Shown: piece by piece, positions 1-6,473 of the stretch
Position numbering within the stretch: the stretch's first letter is position 1
Layout: each line of letters starts with the position of its first letter
Sequence record: NZ_CP072183.1
DNA from: a plasmid
Reading direction: 5' to 3' (one strand)
Length of the DNA: 11,830 nt
Notes under the pieces: generated by a model
Seen by the model: the letters and a program-made list of their open reading frames with translations, nothing else
Databases searched by the model: none
Told to the model about the DNA's origin: nothing
Made by a program: the position numbers and the translations under genes

Positions 1-1674
1 ATGGCAGATGAAGCAGTACGAGCCGTTCAAAAATGGCTCAACAAAACGTATGGTAGCGTTCCTGGCTTTGTCGCAGCTCCAGAAAACGGGCAAACGGGAT
101 GGCCAACAATTTATAGCCTAAGAATGGGATTACAGCACGAAATCGGTATTAGTGCTATTGGTGAAGGCTTTGGCGAGACGACCAAAAACGCCTTAGCACC
201 TGTTGTAGGTAGTCTGAAGCCAGGATATAAGGGGAACATTGCTCAACTCATTCAAGGGGCTTTCTGGTGCAAAGGGATTAGTCCAGTAGACTTTAATAAT
301 GAGTTCACGAATAACACCCTTAATGCTGTTAAAGAACTTCAGCAAGATGCTGGCATTGCGGCTGATGGATCTGTGACAGTGGCATTTATGGCGGCTTTGT
401 TTGACATGGCAGCTTTCGTCTTAGTTTCAAACGGCGATGCTAAGGTTCGAACCATGCAGCAAGCGCTCAACCGTAAATTCTCTGGGGAATTACAAGAATT
501 GATGCCGTGTGATGGCGTTTATCAACGAGCAACTAATACAGCGTTGATTTATGCCTTACAACGAGCAATCGGTATGAGTTCTGCGCAAGCAAATGGTAAC
601 TATGGTCCAGGGACAATTGCCGCTACACCTACTGTTAATCAGGGAGCCAATAGCGACGTTGTCCAGGTCATCCAATACGGCTTGTATGTGAACGGCTTTT
701 ATACAGGGGCATTTGATGGCTATTTTAGTTCAGACGTAGCAACGGCAGTGGTAGCTTTTCGAAAGTTTATGAATTTACCGCCATTTAATAGCACAGCTGA
801 CCTAACCGTCATCAAAGGATTGTTGACTAGCAACGGCAATACTAATCGTGATTCAAATACTTTTGATACAGCAACTCAATTAAGTGCTGCACAGGCAAAA
901 CAACTAAAGCAATTCGATTTTTCAATAGTTGCTCGTTATCTAACTGGCAGCGTTGGTGCAGGGGCTGCCGAACGTGATAAATACTTGACTTCCACGGAAC
1001 TTGCAAATCTTACTGAGGCTGGACTAAAAGTTGTGCCAATATATGAAGATGGTGGCTATGAGTTTGATTACTTTAGTCTACAGCAGGGAATTCATGACGG
1101 ATTTGTTGCAAGTAGTACTGCTGCTAAGTTAGGGTTTCCGGCTGCAACTACGATTTACTTTGCAGTTGATGTGGATGTTCAAAGTGGCGATATAGATGGC
1201 ACAATTATTTCTTATTTCCGTGGTATTAGCCAAGCTATGAACAATAGTATTTTCAAAATTGGAATATATGGAACACGGAATGTATGTAATCGGGTAACCG
1301 CTGCATCGGGGACCAATATTCTTTATTCCTACGTCGCTGATATGTCATATGGATGGAGCGGAAACCTAGGTTTTAAGATGCCTCAAAATTGGGCATTTGA
1401 TCAGTTTGTGGAATACTCAGCTGCAGGTGTTGATATTGACCAAGTAGCTTCTTCAGGAAAAGACCAGGGAAGCGGGACTTTCAAAGTGGATCCTAACGCA
1501 GTACGCCTTGAGTTTGCGCGAACCTTAATTAACAATGCCTATCAGTTAAAACCATTACAACCAGATATTCCGACCTTAGAGGTTGATGGCCCTGAAATTC
1601 ATGTATCAACTATTTTGGCAGAGTTTTATCTTAAACTATCAAGTACTTTTGCGAGCAACGATAGTGGAGCCTAG
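1..1674 (+). CDS. N-terminal fragment of a cell-wall hydrolase-like protein: three ~90-aa PG_binding_1-like repeats followed by a DUF1906/Rv2525c-like glycoside-hydrolase-like domain (FDFSIVARYLTG...IYFAVDVD...IGIYGTRN). No signal peptide. The ORF starts exactly at the window edge, so the true N-terminus may lie upstream.
   Basis: 557-codon open frame. Three internal repeats with the PG-binding pattern (L..G..G..V..LQ..L..). The conserved DUF1906-like motifs are recognised from memory of the family, not from a search. Confidence 0.75.
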   Translation: MADEAVRAVQKWLNKTYGSVPGFVAAPENGQTGWPTIYSLRMGLQHEIGISAIGEGFGETTKNALAPVVGSLKPGYKGNIAQLIQGAFWCKGISPVDFNNEFTNNTLNAVKELQQDAGIAADGSVTVAFMAALFDMAAFVLVSNGDAKVRTMQQALNRKFSGELQELMPCDGVYQRATNTALIYALQRAIGMSSAQANGNYGPGTIAATPTVNQGANSDVVQVIQYGLYVNGFYTGAFDGYFSSDVATAVVAFRKFMNLPPFNSTADLTVIKGLLTSNGNTNRDSNTFDTATQLSAAQAKQLKQFDFSIVARYLTGSVGAGAAERDKYLTSTELANLTEAGLKVVPIYEDGGYEFDYFSLQQGIHDGFVASSTAAKLGFPAATTIYFAVDVDVQSGDIDGTIISYFRGISQAMNNSIFKIGIYGTRNVCNRVTAASGTNILYSYVADMSYGWSGNLGFKMPQNWAFDQFVEYSAAGVDIDQVASSGKDQGSGTFKVDPNAVRLEFARTLINNAYQLKPLQPDIPTLEVDGPEIHVSTILAEFYLKLSSTFASNDSGA

Positions 1675-1697
1675 ATTGCAATAATAAAGTTACCACC
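1670..1697. repeat. IS30-family left terminal inverted repeat
   Basis: Pairs with 2693-2720 in inverted orientation, 25/28 identical. Confidence 0.75.
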
Positions 1698-2610
1698 TAG
1701 AAAGAGGCTTGCTCACTGCTTGAACTGGGGTTTGCCAACGGAGACATTTTCTAGGTTTGTTATTGATAAGCGCTGTGGCTTGTTGAATATCGGTCTCTGA
1801 AACCTGATCAAACTGTGTTCCCTTCGGGAAATAGTAGCGAAGTTCTCGATTGAACCGTTCATTTGTGCCCCGTTCATTCGGGTGATAGGCGTGGCAAAAG
1901 TAAACCGGTATCCGATAGCGCTTTGTAAGCGCCTGATCGCAGGAAAACTCTTTACCGTGATCAACCGTCACTGATCGAACCGGACCCGGAAAGTCCACCA
2001 TCAGTCTTGCAAATCCCTTGAGAACAGCATTTTGTGATAAGTTTTCAAGCTTAGTTGTCGCCATTAAACGTGTCACCCGATCGACAATGGTCAAAACAGC
2101 AGCCTTTGACCCGCGACCACCGCGAACTGTATCCATCTCTAAATGTCCTTTTTCGGTTCGCCGATTAGCTGACTCACTGCGAATCTCAATTGAGGTGCCT
2201 ACTGCTTGGTTATAGCGCGACCGAAGGTCTTGTCTTCTTTTATGACGTTTACCGTGATCAAAGAGTTGGCTTGGCTGAAAATCGACTTGTCTTTGATAAA
2301 TCCAGTGGTAAATCGTGTGTGGCGCACAGTGAACGGCATAACCGACCATTTCAGGGGACCAACCTAGGTTTAGCTTCTCAGTTACCATCCGCTTCAACTT
2401 AGGCGTTAAAATCGAGTGCCGACCACAACGATGCCGACAAGTATCGGCATGATCCTGAGCTATAATGGCGCAGTAATCACCTTCAGGGCAACGGTGAAGC
2501 TCATGCCTAATAGAAATACGAGAGCGGCCTAAGGTCGCGGCGATGTATTGAATCGTGTGGTGTTGCATCAGTTCTATCTGAGATCGTTCAATTAAGGTTA
2601 TAATGGCCAT
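1690..2610 (-). CDS. IS30-family DDE transposase (306 aa)
   Basis: N-terminal HTH region (IERSQIELMQHHTIQYIAATLGRSRISI) and a C-terminal integrase-core/DDE region (...DHGKEF... YFCHAYHPNERGTNE) typical of IS30-family transposases. It is bounded by the IS inverted repeats. Confidence 0.9.
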   Translation of the reverse strand: MAIITLIERSQIELMQHHTIQYIAATLGRSRISIRHELHRCPEGDYCAIIAQDHADTCRHRCGRHSILTPKLKRMVTEKLNLGWSPEMVGYAVHCAPHTIYHWIYQRQVDFQPSQLFDHGKRHKRRQDLRSRYNQAVGTSIEIRSESANRRTEKGHLEMDTVRGGRGSKAAVLTIVDRVTRLMATTKLENLSQNAVLKGFARLMVDFPGPVRSVTVDHGKEFSCDQALTKRYRIPVYFCHAYHPNERGTNERFNRELRYYFPKGTQFDQVSETDIQQATALINNKPRKCLRWQTPVQAVSKPLSRW

Positions 2611-2692
2611 GGGACCTGTCCTTCTCTCTAGATGGTATGTTATGCAAACACCATTTTAGCAAGAACGGACAGGTCTTTTTTCACATTTTCTG

Positions 2693-2720
2693 GGTGGTAA
2701 CTTTAATTATGCAATCTAGG
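2693..2720. repeat. IS30-family right terminal inverted repeat
   Basis: Reverse complement matches 1670-1697. Confidence 0.75.
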
Positions 2721-3206
2721 GGAGCGCCACTAGGTTTTACAATTTCTGATGGTAAATTAGGAACTCAAGTACAATCTGAGATCGATAAATTCAAAGAAGC
2801 ACACGAAGCCGCAAAGAATTTTGACTTTACATCTTTGATTGGTACACTAGGGCCAATGATTGGCAATGGAAATCTAAAAGTTGGAATGTCAACCAAAAAT
2901 GGAATGCTAGGATTTAAAGTGGTCTGTGAATCTACAACAACAGTTGTTACCAACGGACAACAGGAAAATGTTACAACTTCGTTGAGTATCGAGATATACA
3001 CTAAGCCAAATGGATTAGGGATCCCAGCTGAAGATTATAAACCAATTTATGTTCCTGTTTCTGAACATGAACCAAACTTGGGGTGGATTCCTTGGGCAGC
3101 AGGGGCGTTTGTATTAATAGTAACAATTATTATGGCTCCAGAAGTAGCGGCTACTCTTATTGGAGCTGCTGCTAAACTATTGCCAGCGACGTTCATTGCT
3201 GCTTAG
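2709..3206 (+). CDS. C-terminal fragment of the IS-split hydrolase gene. It would be translated only from an ATG lying inside the IS right end. Ends with a hydrophobic TM-like segment (WIPWAAGAFVLIVTIIMAPEVAATLIGAAAKLL).
   Basis: The frame from 2721 is continuous with the frame of ORF 1..1674 once the IS is removed. The track ORF start (2637) and the ATG at 2709 both lie within IS sequence. No independent RBS. Confidence 0.5.
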   Translation: MQSRGAPLGFTISDGKLGTQVQSEIDKFKEAHEAAKNFDFTSLIGTLGPMIGNGNLKVGMSTKNGMLGFKVVCESTTTVVTNGQQENVTTSLSIEIYTKPNGLGIPAEDYKPIYVPVSEHEPNLGWIPWAAGAFVLIVTIIMAPEVAATLIGAAAKLLPATFIAA

Positions 3207-3225
3207 CTTTTAAGGAGGTGATTAA

Positions 3226-3729
3226 TTGGGATTGTTACCATTAATACTTGGTGTACTGGGATATTCCATATTGTTGAGCTCGCTTGCTTTAACAATAATG
3301 GTGCGGCACCAAACTTCTGATCAAAAACGTAGCGAAGCCTATATAAAAGTGGCTAAGTATCTGGGCGAAAACCCAACTTTATTTAAGAAGGTAAACCAAT
3401 TAGTCAAATTGGAAGGTGCAACAAAGCTTATGGCATTCGTGTTCTTTTTTGGCGGATGGATAGTCTATTCAATAAATAGCTTTTTGATTGACTCTTTGGA
3501 CGAGGGAGTTCGTGTAATCATTTTGTGGGCATCGATTGCCTTATTTGTTATTTTGACTATTGTGCAGATGATGCTAGAATTTCGGCACAAAAAATTGTTG
3601 GCTTTTCCTCTTTCTAATATTTCTCTAGTAGAGAATACTGCAGGAGAGAAACGTTGGATTCTCAGCAAGATACTGTTAATGATCGGGACCGTGATATTGA
3701 CAATATGGCTACAACTTGTGGCTCAATGA
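3226..3729 (+). CDS. Small integral membrane protein (167 aa, about 4 predicted TM helices), function unknown. TTG start.
   Basis: RBS AGGAGG at 3213-3218, 7 nt before TTG 3226. Four hydrophobic stretches. Followed by a strong terminator. Confidence 0.7.
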   Translation: MGLLPLILGVLGYSILLSSLALTIMVRHQTSDQKRSEAYIKVAKYLGENPTLFKKVNQLVKLEGATKLMAFVFFFGGWIVYSINSFLIDSLDEGVRVIILWASIALFVILTIVQMMLEFRHKKLLAFPLSNISLVENTAGEKRWILSKILLMIGTVILTIWLQLVAQ

Positions 3730-3832
3730 TTACTAACTGATAAACTTTCAAAATTTGTTCCGTTAGATTGTACCCTAACGATTCGTCCAGAAACGTCTTG
3801 AAACAAAGCCTAAAATCCGATTCAAATAAGTG

Positions 3833-3870
3833 ACCCGAAACGATGTCTAAGATCGTTTCGGGTATTTTTA
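3833..3870 (+). terminator. Rho-independent terminator (12-bp perfect stem acccgaaacgat/atcgtttcgggt, then ATTTTTA)
   Basis: Perfect inverted repeat 3833-3844 / 3852-3863 with a T-rich tail, about 100 nt after the stop of the 3226-3729 gene. Confidence 0.7.
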
Positions 3871-3891
3871 TGGGCAGCCATCCGTAACCGT

Positions 3892-3900
3892 TGCTATAAT
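3892..3900 (+). promoter_or_regulatory. TG-extended -10 element (tgcTATAAT) for the HTH gene
   Basis: Consensus TATAAT preceded by TGn, 34 nt upstream of the ATG at 3934. No convincing -35. Confidence 0.35.
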
Positions 3901-3933
3901 CGTCATTAGAATGCACGAGATGAGGACGGTTAT

Positions 3934-4482
3934 ATGAGTAAGACCATCAAAGAGTTAGCAAATGAATTAGGCATAAGCAAGCAAGCGGTGAGTAAGAAAC
4001 TAACTGCCAACTTCCGAGCCAACCACGTAACAACCGTTACCACCAACGGACGCCAGAAGTTGGTGGTTGATGATGATGGTGTATTTGAACTGAAGTCCCA
4101 ATACATAGAAGATCATAACCAACAACAGGGTGCCAACCATTCAACCGCCAACGTTGTCGACGACAACACTAACTTGGTTGATGAACTAAAAAAGCGCATA
4201 TCGGCTCAGGAGAATGAACTATCTCAAAAAAATAAGCAAATTCTTGCTAAGGATTCCCAATTGGAGAACATGCAGAAACTACTTGATCAATCGCAACAAC
4301 TCCAACTAATGGCCGAAAACAAACTTAAGAAGCTGGAAGCACCCCAAAACAACCCTGAGAGCGGTTCTGATCTAGCAAATGACCAAACGCATGAACGAGC
4401 GCCAGAGGCGCCTGTAAAGGCTGAAAGTAGCCCAGAACAACCGCCGTCTTTTTGGCAGAGATTGTTTGGTACTGGAAAGTAA
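3934..4482 (+). CDS. HTH DNA-binding protein with a Q/E/K-rich coiled-coil C-terminal half (182 aa). Resembles the small replication-associated or accessory HTH proteins (RepB/DUF536-like) found next to Rep_3 replicons in Lactobacillaceae plasmids.
   Basis: RBS GAGG about 7 nt upstream of the ATG. N-terminus MSKTIKELANELGISKQAVSKKL is a classic HTH. A TG-extended -10 (tgcTATAAT) lies at 3892-3900. The family assignment is from memory. Confidence 0.7.
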   Translation: MSKTIKELANELGISKQAVSKKLTANFRANHVTTVTTNGRQKLVVDDDGVFELKSQYIEDHNQQQGANHSTANVVDDNTNLVDELKKRISAQENELSQKNKQILAKDSQLENMQKLLDQSQQLQLMAENKLKKLEAPQNNPESGSDLANDQTHERAPEAPVKAESSPEQPPSFWQRLFGTGK

Positions 4483-4483
4483 C

Positions 4484-4513
4484 AAATAGCCACCGTAGTC
4501 ACGGTGGCTATTT
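4484..4513. terminator. Perfect 13-bp-stem hairpin (aaatagccaccgt-agtc-acggtggctattt) immediately after the HTH gene stop. Likely a transcription terminator or stabilising hairpin.
   Basis: Perfect inverted repeat 4484-4496 / 4501-4513. The U-tract is limited to the TTT that belongs to the stem. Confidence 0.5.
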
Positions 4514-4620
4514 CACTAAGTCTTAAAATCCAGAAATCCGTCAGTACAGGTCGTGATCAAGTAGACCAGTGGCTATTTACAAAGTGGGTTGCACGAGGCT
4601 AGGCAGGGTGAGCACTGCAG

Positions 4621-4634
4621 CTAATGGCCATTAG
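4621..4634. promoter_or_regulatory. Perfect 14-bp palindrome ctaatggccattag, upstream of the type I toxin promoter
   Basis: Exactly self-complementary. Candidate operator. Confidence 0.3.
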
Positions 4635-4707
4635 TCAACTGCGCAGATTCCATAACGAAGTTTTGACTATTTTTGATTGGTAATTAAAGTGGTGTTTACT
4701 GCTTTTT

Positions 4708-4716
4708 TGGTATACT
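4708..4716 (+). promoter_or_regulatory. TG-extended -10 (tggTATACT), candidate promoter of the Fst-like toxin mRNA
   Basis: TGn plus TATACT 56 nt upstream of the ATG at 4772. A cgcg-tgatac-cgcg hairpin in the predicted 5'UTR could sequester the RBS. Confidence 0.3.
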
Positions 4717-4768
4717 AGTTTAGTCGCTACGCCTTTTCGCGTGATACCGCGCCTAAAGGTGGTGATAG

Positions 4769-4786
4769 TTCATGAATTCATTCGAT
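4769..4786. repeat. Direct repeat copy a (ttcatGaattcattcgat), spanning the toxin start codon
   Basis: 17/18 identical to 4977-4994. Confidence 0.6.
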
Positions 4787-4861
4787 AAAGCGATCATCGC
4801 GCCGCTGCTTGTCGGTGTGTTTCTGCTTTTGTTGAAATACGCGCTGGATAACCACAAGTAG
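4772..4861 (+). CDS. Fst/par-family-like type I toxin peptide (29 aa: MNSFDKAIIAPLLVGVFLLLLKYALDNHK)
   Basis: RBS AAGGTGGTGA 7 nt upstream. Single TM helix with a charged C-tail. The core IIAPLLVGVFL closely resembles pAD1 Fst VIAPIFVGLVL. Not in the ORF track because it is under 60 aa. Confidence 0.6.
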   Translation: MNSFDKAIIAPLLVGVFLLLLKYALDNHK

Positions 4862-4896
4862 TGTGAGTAGCGACTAATTCCAGCACCTGGCACCGG

Positions 4897-4930
4897 GTCA
4901 TCATCTTCTTGCGGAGATGATGGCTTTTTT
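4897..4930 (+). terminator. Rho-independent terminator for the toxin mRNA (8-bp stem catcatct/agatgatg, loop tcttgcgg, then CTTTTTT)
   Basis: Hairpin plus T6, about 36 nt after the toxin stop. Confidence 0.6.
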
Positions 4931-4935
4931 CGACA

Positions 4936-5005
4936 CAAAAACCCATGCAGCTTGCGGACTACACGGGTTTGTGATGTTCATAAATTCATTCGATTAGGTT
5001 CATTT
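4936..5005 (-). ncRNA. Predicted antisense RNA antitoxin (RNA II-like, about 60-70 nt) of the Fst-like type I TA module
   Basis: Minus-strand promoter candidates: TATAAT (plus 5014-5019) and TGcTAAAAT (plus 5002-5010). It contains the complement of direct repeat b. It ends at a minus-strand terminator (plus 4937-4968: a 7-bp stem that includes a G-U pair, then U5). The architecture mirrors pAD1 par. Confidence 0.4.
4977..4994. repeat. Direct repeat copy b (ttcatAaattcattcgat), within the predicted antisense RNA
   Basis: 17/18 identical to 4769-4786. A transcript from the minus strand across this copy is antisense to the toxin translation initiation region. Confidence 0.6.
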
Positions 5006-5030
5006 TAGCATAGATTATAACCAGTTGCAT

Positions 5031-5810
5031 TTATAAATCTTTGCTTGAGGATCTGCGTGCAAAGTTATTGTGAATTTCAACTTGAACTACTTGTCGTCCT
5101 CGCTTGGCTTGAAACAATTCCAAATCCATATCATCAATTTTCATATTTATTTCTTCGATCGATCTAATTAGAACGCTTTTTTTCAAATCCTTGTAAGCGT
5201 AGTTTTTGGGGGCGCCTAGCCACTTTTTAAAATCATCCGGAGCGCCTTGGACTATCGGGATTGATTGACCATTATCTTTATCAGACTCACGCATCAATTT
5301 ATACAGCAAAATAGCATATTTGCTTTTGAGCTGGACAGTGTCATGTAAAAGATACTGAGTATAGTGACCATTATCCTTAAGACGTAAAAGAAAAGGCGCA
5401 AAATCTTCATTAATTTTGAGTTCTATTTTACCATTTTCCCAAACCTTGGCACGCTCAAACCAACCAGTCATCGTGATTGATCTTTCTACCTCGTTGTAAA
5501 TTCTGACACTCTTAGCACGCATGTCATTGAGATTTTGAGCTAATTGAGAATATGTACGACCGCTACGTTTTAATTCGAGTACGTTAGATAATTCGTACAT
5601 AGATGTTTGAATGACATTGAAGTTCTTGTCATCAGGCTTAATTTTGGAAATTACATAATCCATAATTTTAAGTTCACGCGCATTCAAGTCATGGCGAGCT
5701 TTAGTGATAAGGTCGTTGTGTTCAGCAACCAAAAAATAGCGTTGATCGTTTATTTCGTCTTTGTTAAAGTTACGGTCATTTTTCCATAAGAGCTTCTTTA
5801 CATCTACCAT
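5031..5810 (-). CDS. rep: Rep_3-family (RepB/RepA-type) theta-plasmid replication initiator protein, 259 aa
   Basis: RBS GAGGTGA 6 nt before the ATG at 5810. N-terminal region (LVAEHNDLITKARHDLNARELKIMDYVISKI) typical of Rep_3 initiators of LAB theta plasmids. Iterons lie immediately upstream. Confidence 0.9.
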   Translation of the reverse strand: MVDVKKLLWKNDRNFNKDEINDQRYFLVAEHNDLITKARHDLNARELKIMDYVISKIKPDDKNFNVIQTSMYELSNVLELKRSGRTYSQLAQNLNDMRAKSVRIYNEVERSITMTGWFERAKVWENGKIELKINEDFAPFLLRLKDNGHYTQYLLHDTVQLKSKYAILLYKLMRESDKDNGQSIPIVQGAPDDFKKWLGAPKNYAYKDLKKSVLIRSIEEINMKIDDMDLELFQAKRGRQVVQVEIHNNFARRSSSKDL

Positions 5811-5840
5811 ACAGAATCACCTCAAGAGGTATTATACATT

Positions 5841-5868
5841 AAAAGGAGAACAATTTTGTCTCCTTTTA
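5841..5868. promoter_or_regulatory. Perfect hairpin/inverted repeat (aaaaggaga-caattttg-tctcctttt) between the rep start and the iterons. Candidate Rep autoregulatory operator overlapping the rep promoter (-10 TATAAT on the minus strand at plus 5831-5836).
   Basis: 9-bp perfect arms. Position is typical of Rep autorepression sites. Confidence 0.45.
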
Positions 5869-5869
5869 A

Positions 5870-5972
5870 TTTTTACCCCCCTATCGTGTGCTTTTTACCC
5901 CCCTATCGTGTGCTTTTTACCCCCCTATCGTGTGCTTTTTACCCCCCTATCGTGTGCTTTTTACCCCCCTAT
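5870..5972. repeat. Iterons: 4 full plus 1 partial tandem copy of the 22-bp unit tttttacccccctatcgtgtgc (replication origin of the Rep_3 replicon)
   Basis: Exact tandem repeats at 5870, 5892, 5914 and 5936, plus a 15-bp partial at 5958. A 22-bp period (two helical turns) directly upstream of rep. Confidence 0.9.
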
Positions 5973-6013
5973 TAGTCGATTTAAACGCGTGGTTGAGCCA
6001 TTCTCGTCTCCCT

Positions 6014-6053
6014 AAGTACTTAAAGTATTTAAAAGTATTTAGAAGTATATATA
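6014..6053. repeat. AT-rich tandem 9-10-bp repeats (aagtactta / aagtattta / aaagtattta / gaagtatata). Candidate DNA-unwinding element of the origin.
   Basis: Four degenerate tandem units adjacent to the iterons. Confidence 0.5.
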
Positions 6054-6055
6054 AC

Positions 6056-6295
6056 GCGCGCGAGGCTTGTGTTTGTGTTTTGCTTGTTAATAACCACAAA
6101 AGACCTTGGGGAGAACCTCTTCCCAAACCCCATACAAAATTCTGGTCGCGTTGCTCCCTAAAAAGGTGTGGCTGCGCCACATTTAACTCCGGCTTCGCCT
6201 GCGCGCCGTTGGCTTGCCCTAGCGCGCTTCGCTTGCGTGGCTCAGAAGAACCTCAGCTGAAGCTTCGGTAGGGCTATCGCCATTCACCGACAAAA
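6056..6295. other. GC-rich non-coding island (well above the local approx. 35-40% GC) with nested short inverted repeats (tgtggc-tgc-gccaca; gaagcttc). Function unknown, possibly an oriT-like or recombination-site remnant.
   Basis: Composition shift visible by eye. No plausible ORF on either strand. Confidence 0.4.
6269..6287. repeat. 19-bp direct repeat copy 1 (tagggctaTcgccattcac)
   Basis: 18/19 identical to 7071-7089. The two copies bracket the terminator / RHH gene / upstream region. Confidence 0.5.
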
Positions 6296-6356
6296 GCACA
6301 TTGCCTAAATTTGATCAATTACTAAAGATGTTTATTGGTGTCAAGAACCTATGCTG

Positions 6357-6403
6357 ATAAAAACGGCTTAGAACGCAAATATGAGCGTTCTAAGCCGTTT
6401 TTG
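6357..6403. terminator. Bidirectional rho-independent terminator (14-bp perfect stem acggcttagaacgc/gcgttctaagccgt, A5 on the left and T5 on the right)
   Basis: Perfect inverted repeat flanked by A-run and T-run. About 70 nt downstream of the minus-strand small ORF 6474-6653. Confidence 0.75.
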
Positions 6404-6473
6404 ATGTAGAGAGCATTAATTATACCCACCAGAGTAAGAAACGCTAGTACAGGCCCTTTAGCGCTTTTTAAAC

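Larger units (their letters stand above)
1670..2720 (-). mobile_element. IS30-family insertion sequence, about 1051 bp. Terminal inverted repeats of ~28 bp (25 of 28 match) and an apparent 4-bp GGAG target duplication.
   Basis: IRL 1670-1697 is cctagattgcaATAATAaagttaccacc. The reverse complement of IRR 2693-2720 is cctagattgcaTAATTAaagttaccacc. GGAG sits at 1666-1669 and again at 2721-2724. A single DDE transposase ORF is enclosed. Confidence 0.85.
1..3206 (+). pseudogene. IS-interrupted gene for a peptidoglycan-binding-repeat / DUF1906 (Rv2525c-like glycoside-hydrolase-like) cell-wall hydrolase carrying a C-terminal transmembrane segment
   Basis: ORF 1..1674 ends at a TAG supplied by the left end of an IS30-family element (..gga gCC TAG). 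Deleting the IS (1670-2720) and one copy of the flanking GGAG joins codon 1666 to codon 2721 in frame: ..NDSG-APLGFTISDGKLG.. continues for another 162 codons to 3206. Confidence 0.6.

Noticed and set aside
1713-2402. Track ORFs 1713..1964(-), 2018..2215(+), 2190..2402(+) inside the IS
   Set aside because: They lie entirely within the IS30 transposase gene on the same or opposite strand. No RBS. Low-complexity products.
2637-2708. Track start of ORF 2637..3206
   Set aside because: The first 24 codons are IS sequence (inside the right inverted-repeat region). The biologically meaningful frame begins at the IS/target junction (2721). An ATG at 2709 is the only plausible independent start.
2765-3916. 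Minus-strand ORFs 2765..3001, 3465..3668, 3662..3916
   Set aside because: Antisense to well-supported plus-strand genes or terminator. No RBS.
4845-4855. DnaA-box-like ctggataacca
   Set aside because: Only a 7/9 match, and it sits inside the toxin ORF. The replicon is Rep/iteron-driven.
4287-4938. Minus-strand ORFs 4287..4502 and 4753..4938
   Set aside because: The first is antisense to the HTH gene. The second overlaps the Fst-like peptide gene and its terminator, is rich in Ser/Pro, and has no SD.
5870-5972. Possibility that the 22-bp tandem repeats are a CRISPR array
   Set aside because: The units are directly adjacent with no spacers and sit immediately upstream of a Rep_3 initiator. 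They are iterons.
5607-6271. ORFs 5607..5789(+), 5761..6015(+), 5888..6271(+), 5947..6180(-)
   Set aside because: They run through the rep gene antisense or through the iteron array. The repeated peptide (FTPLSCAFYPP) is an artefact of translating tandem repeats.
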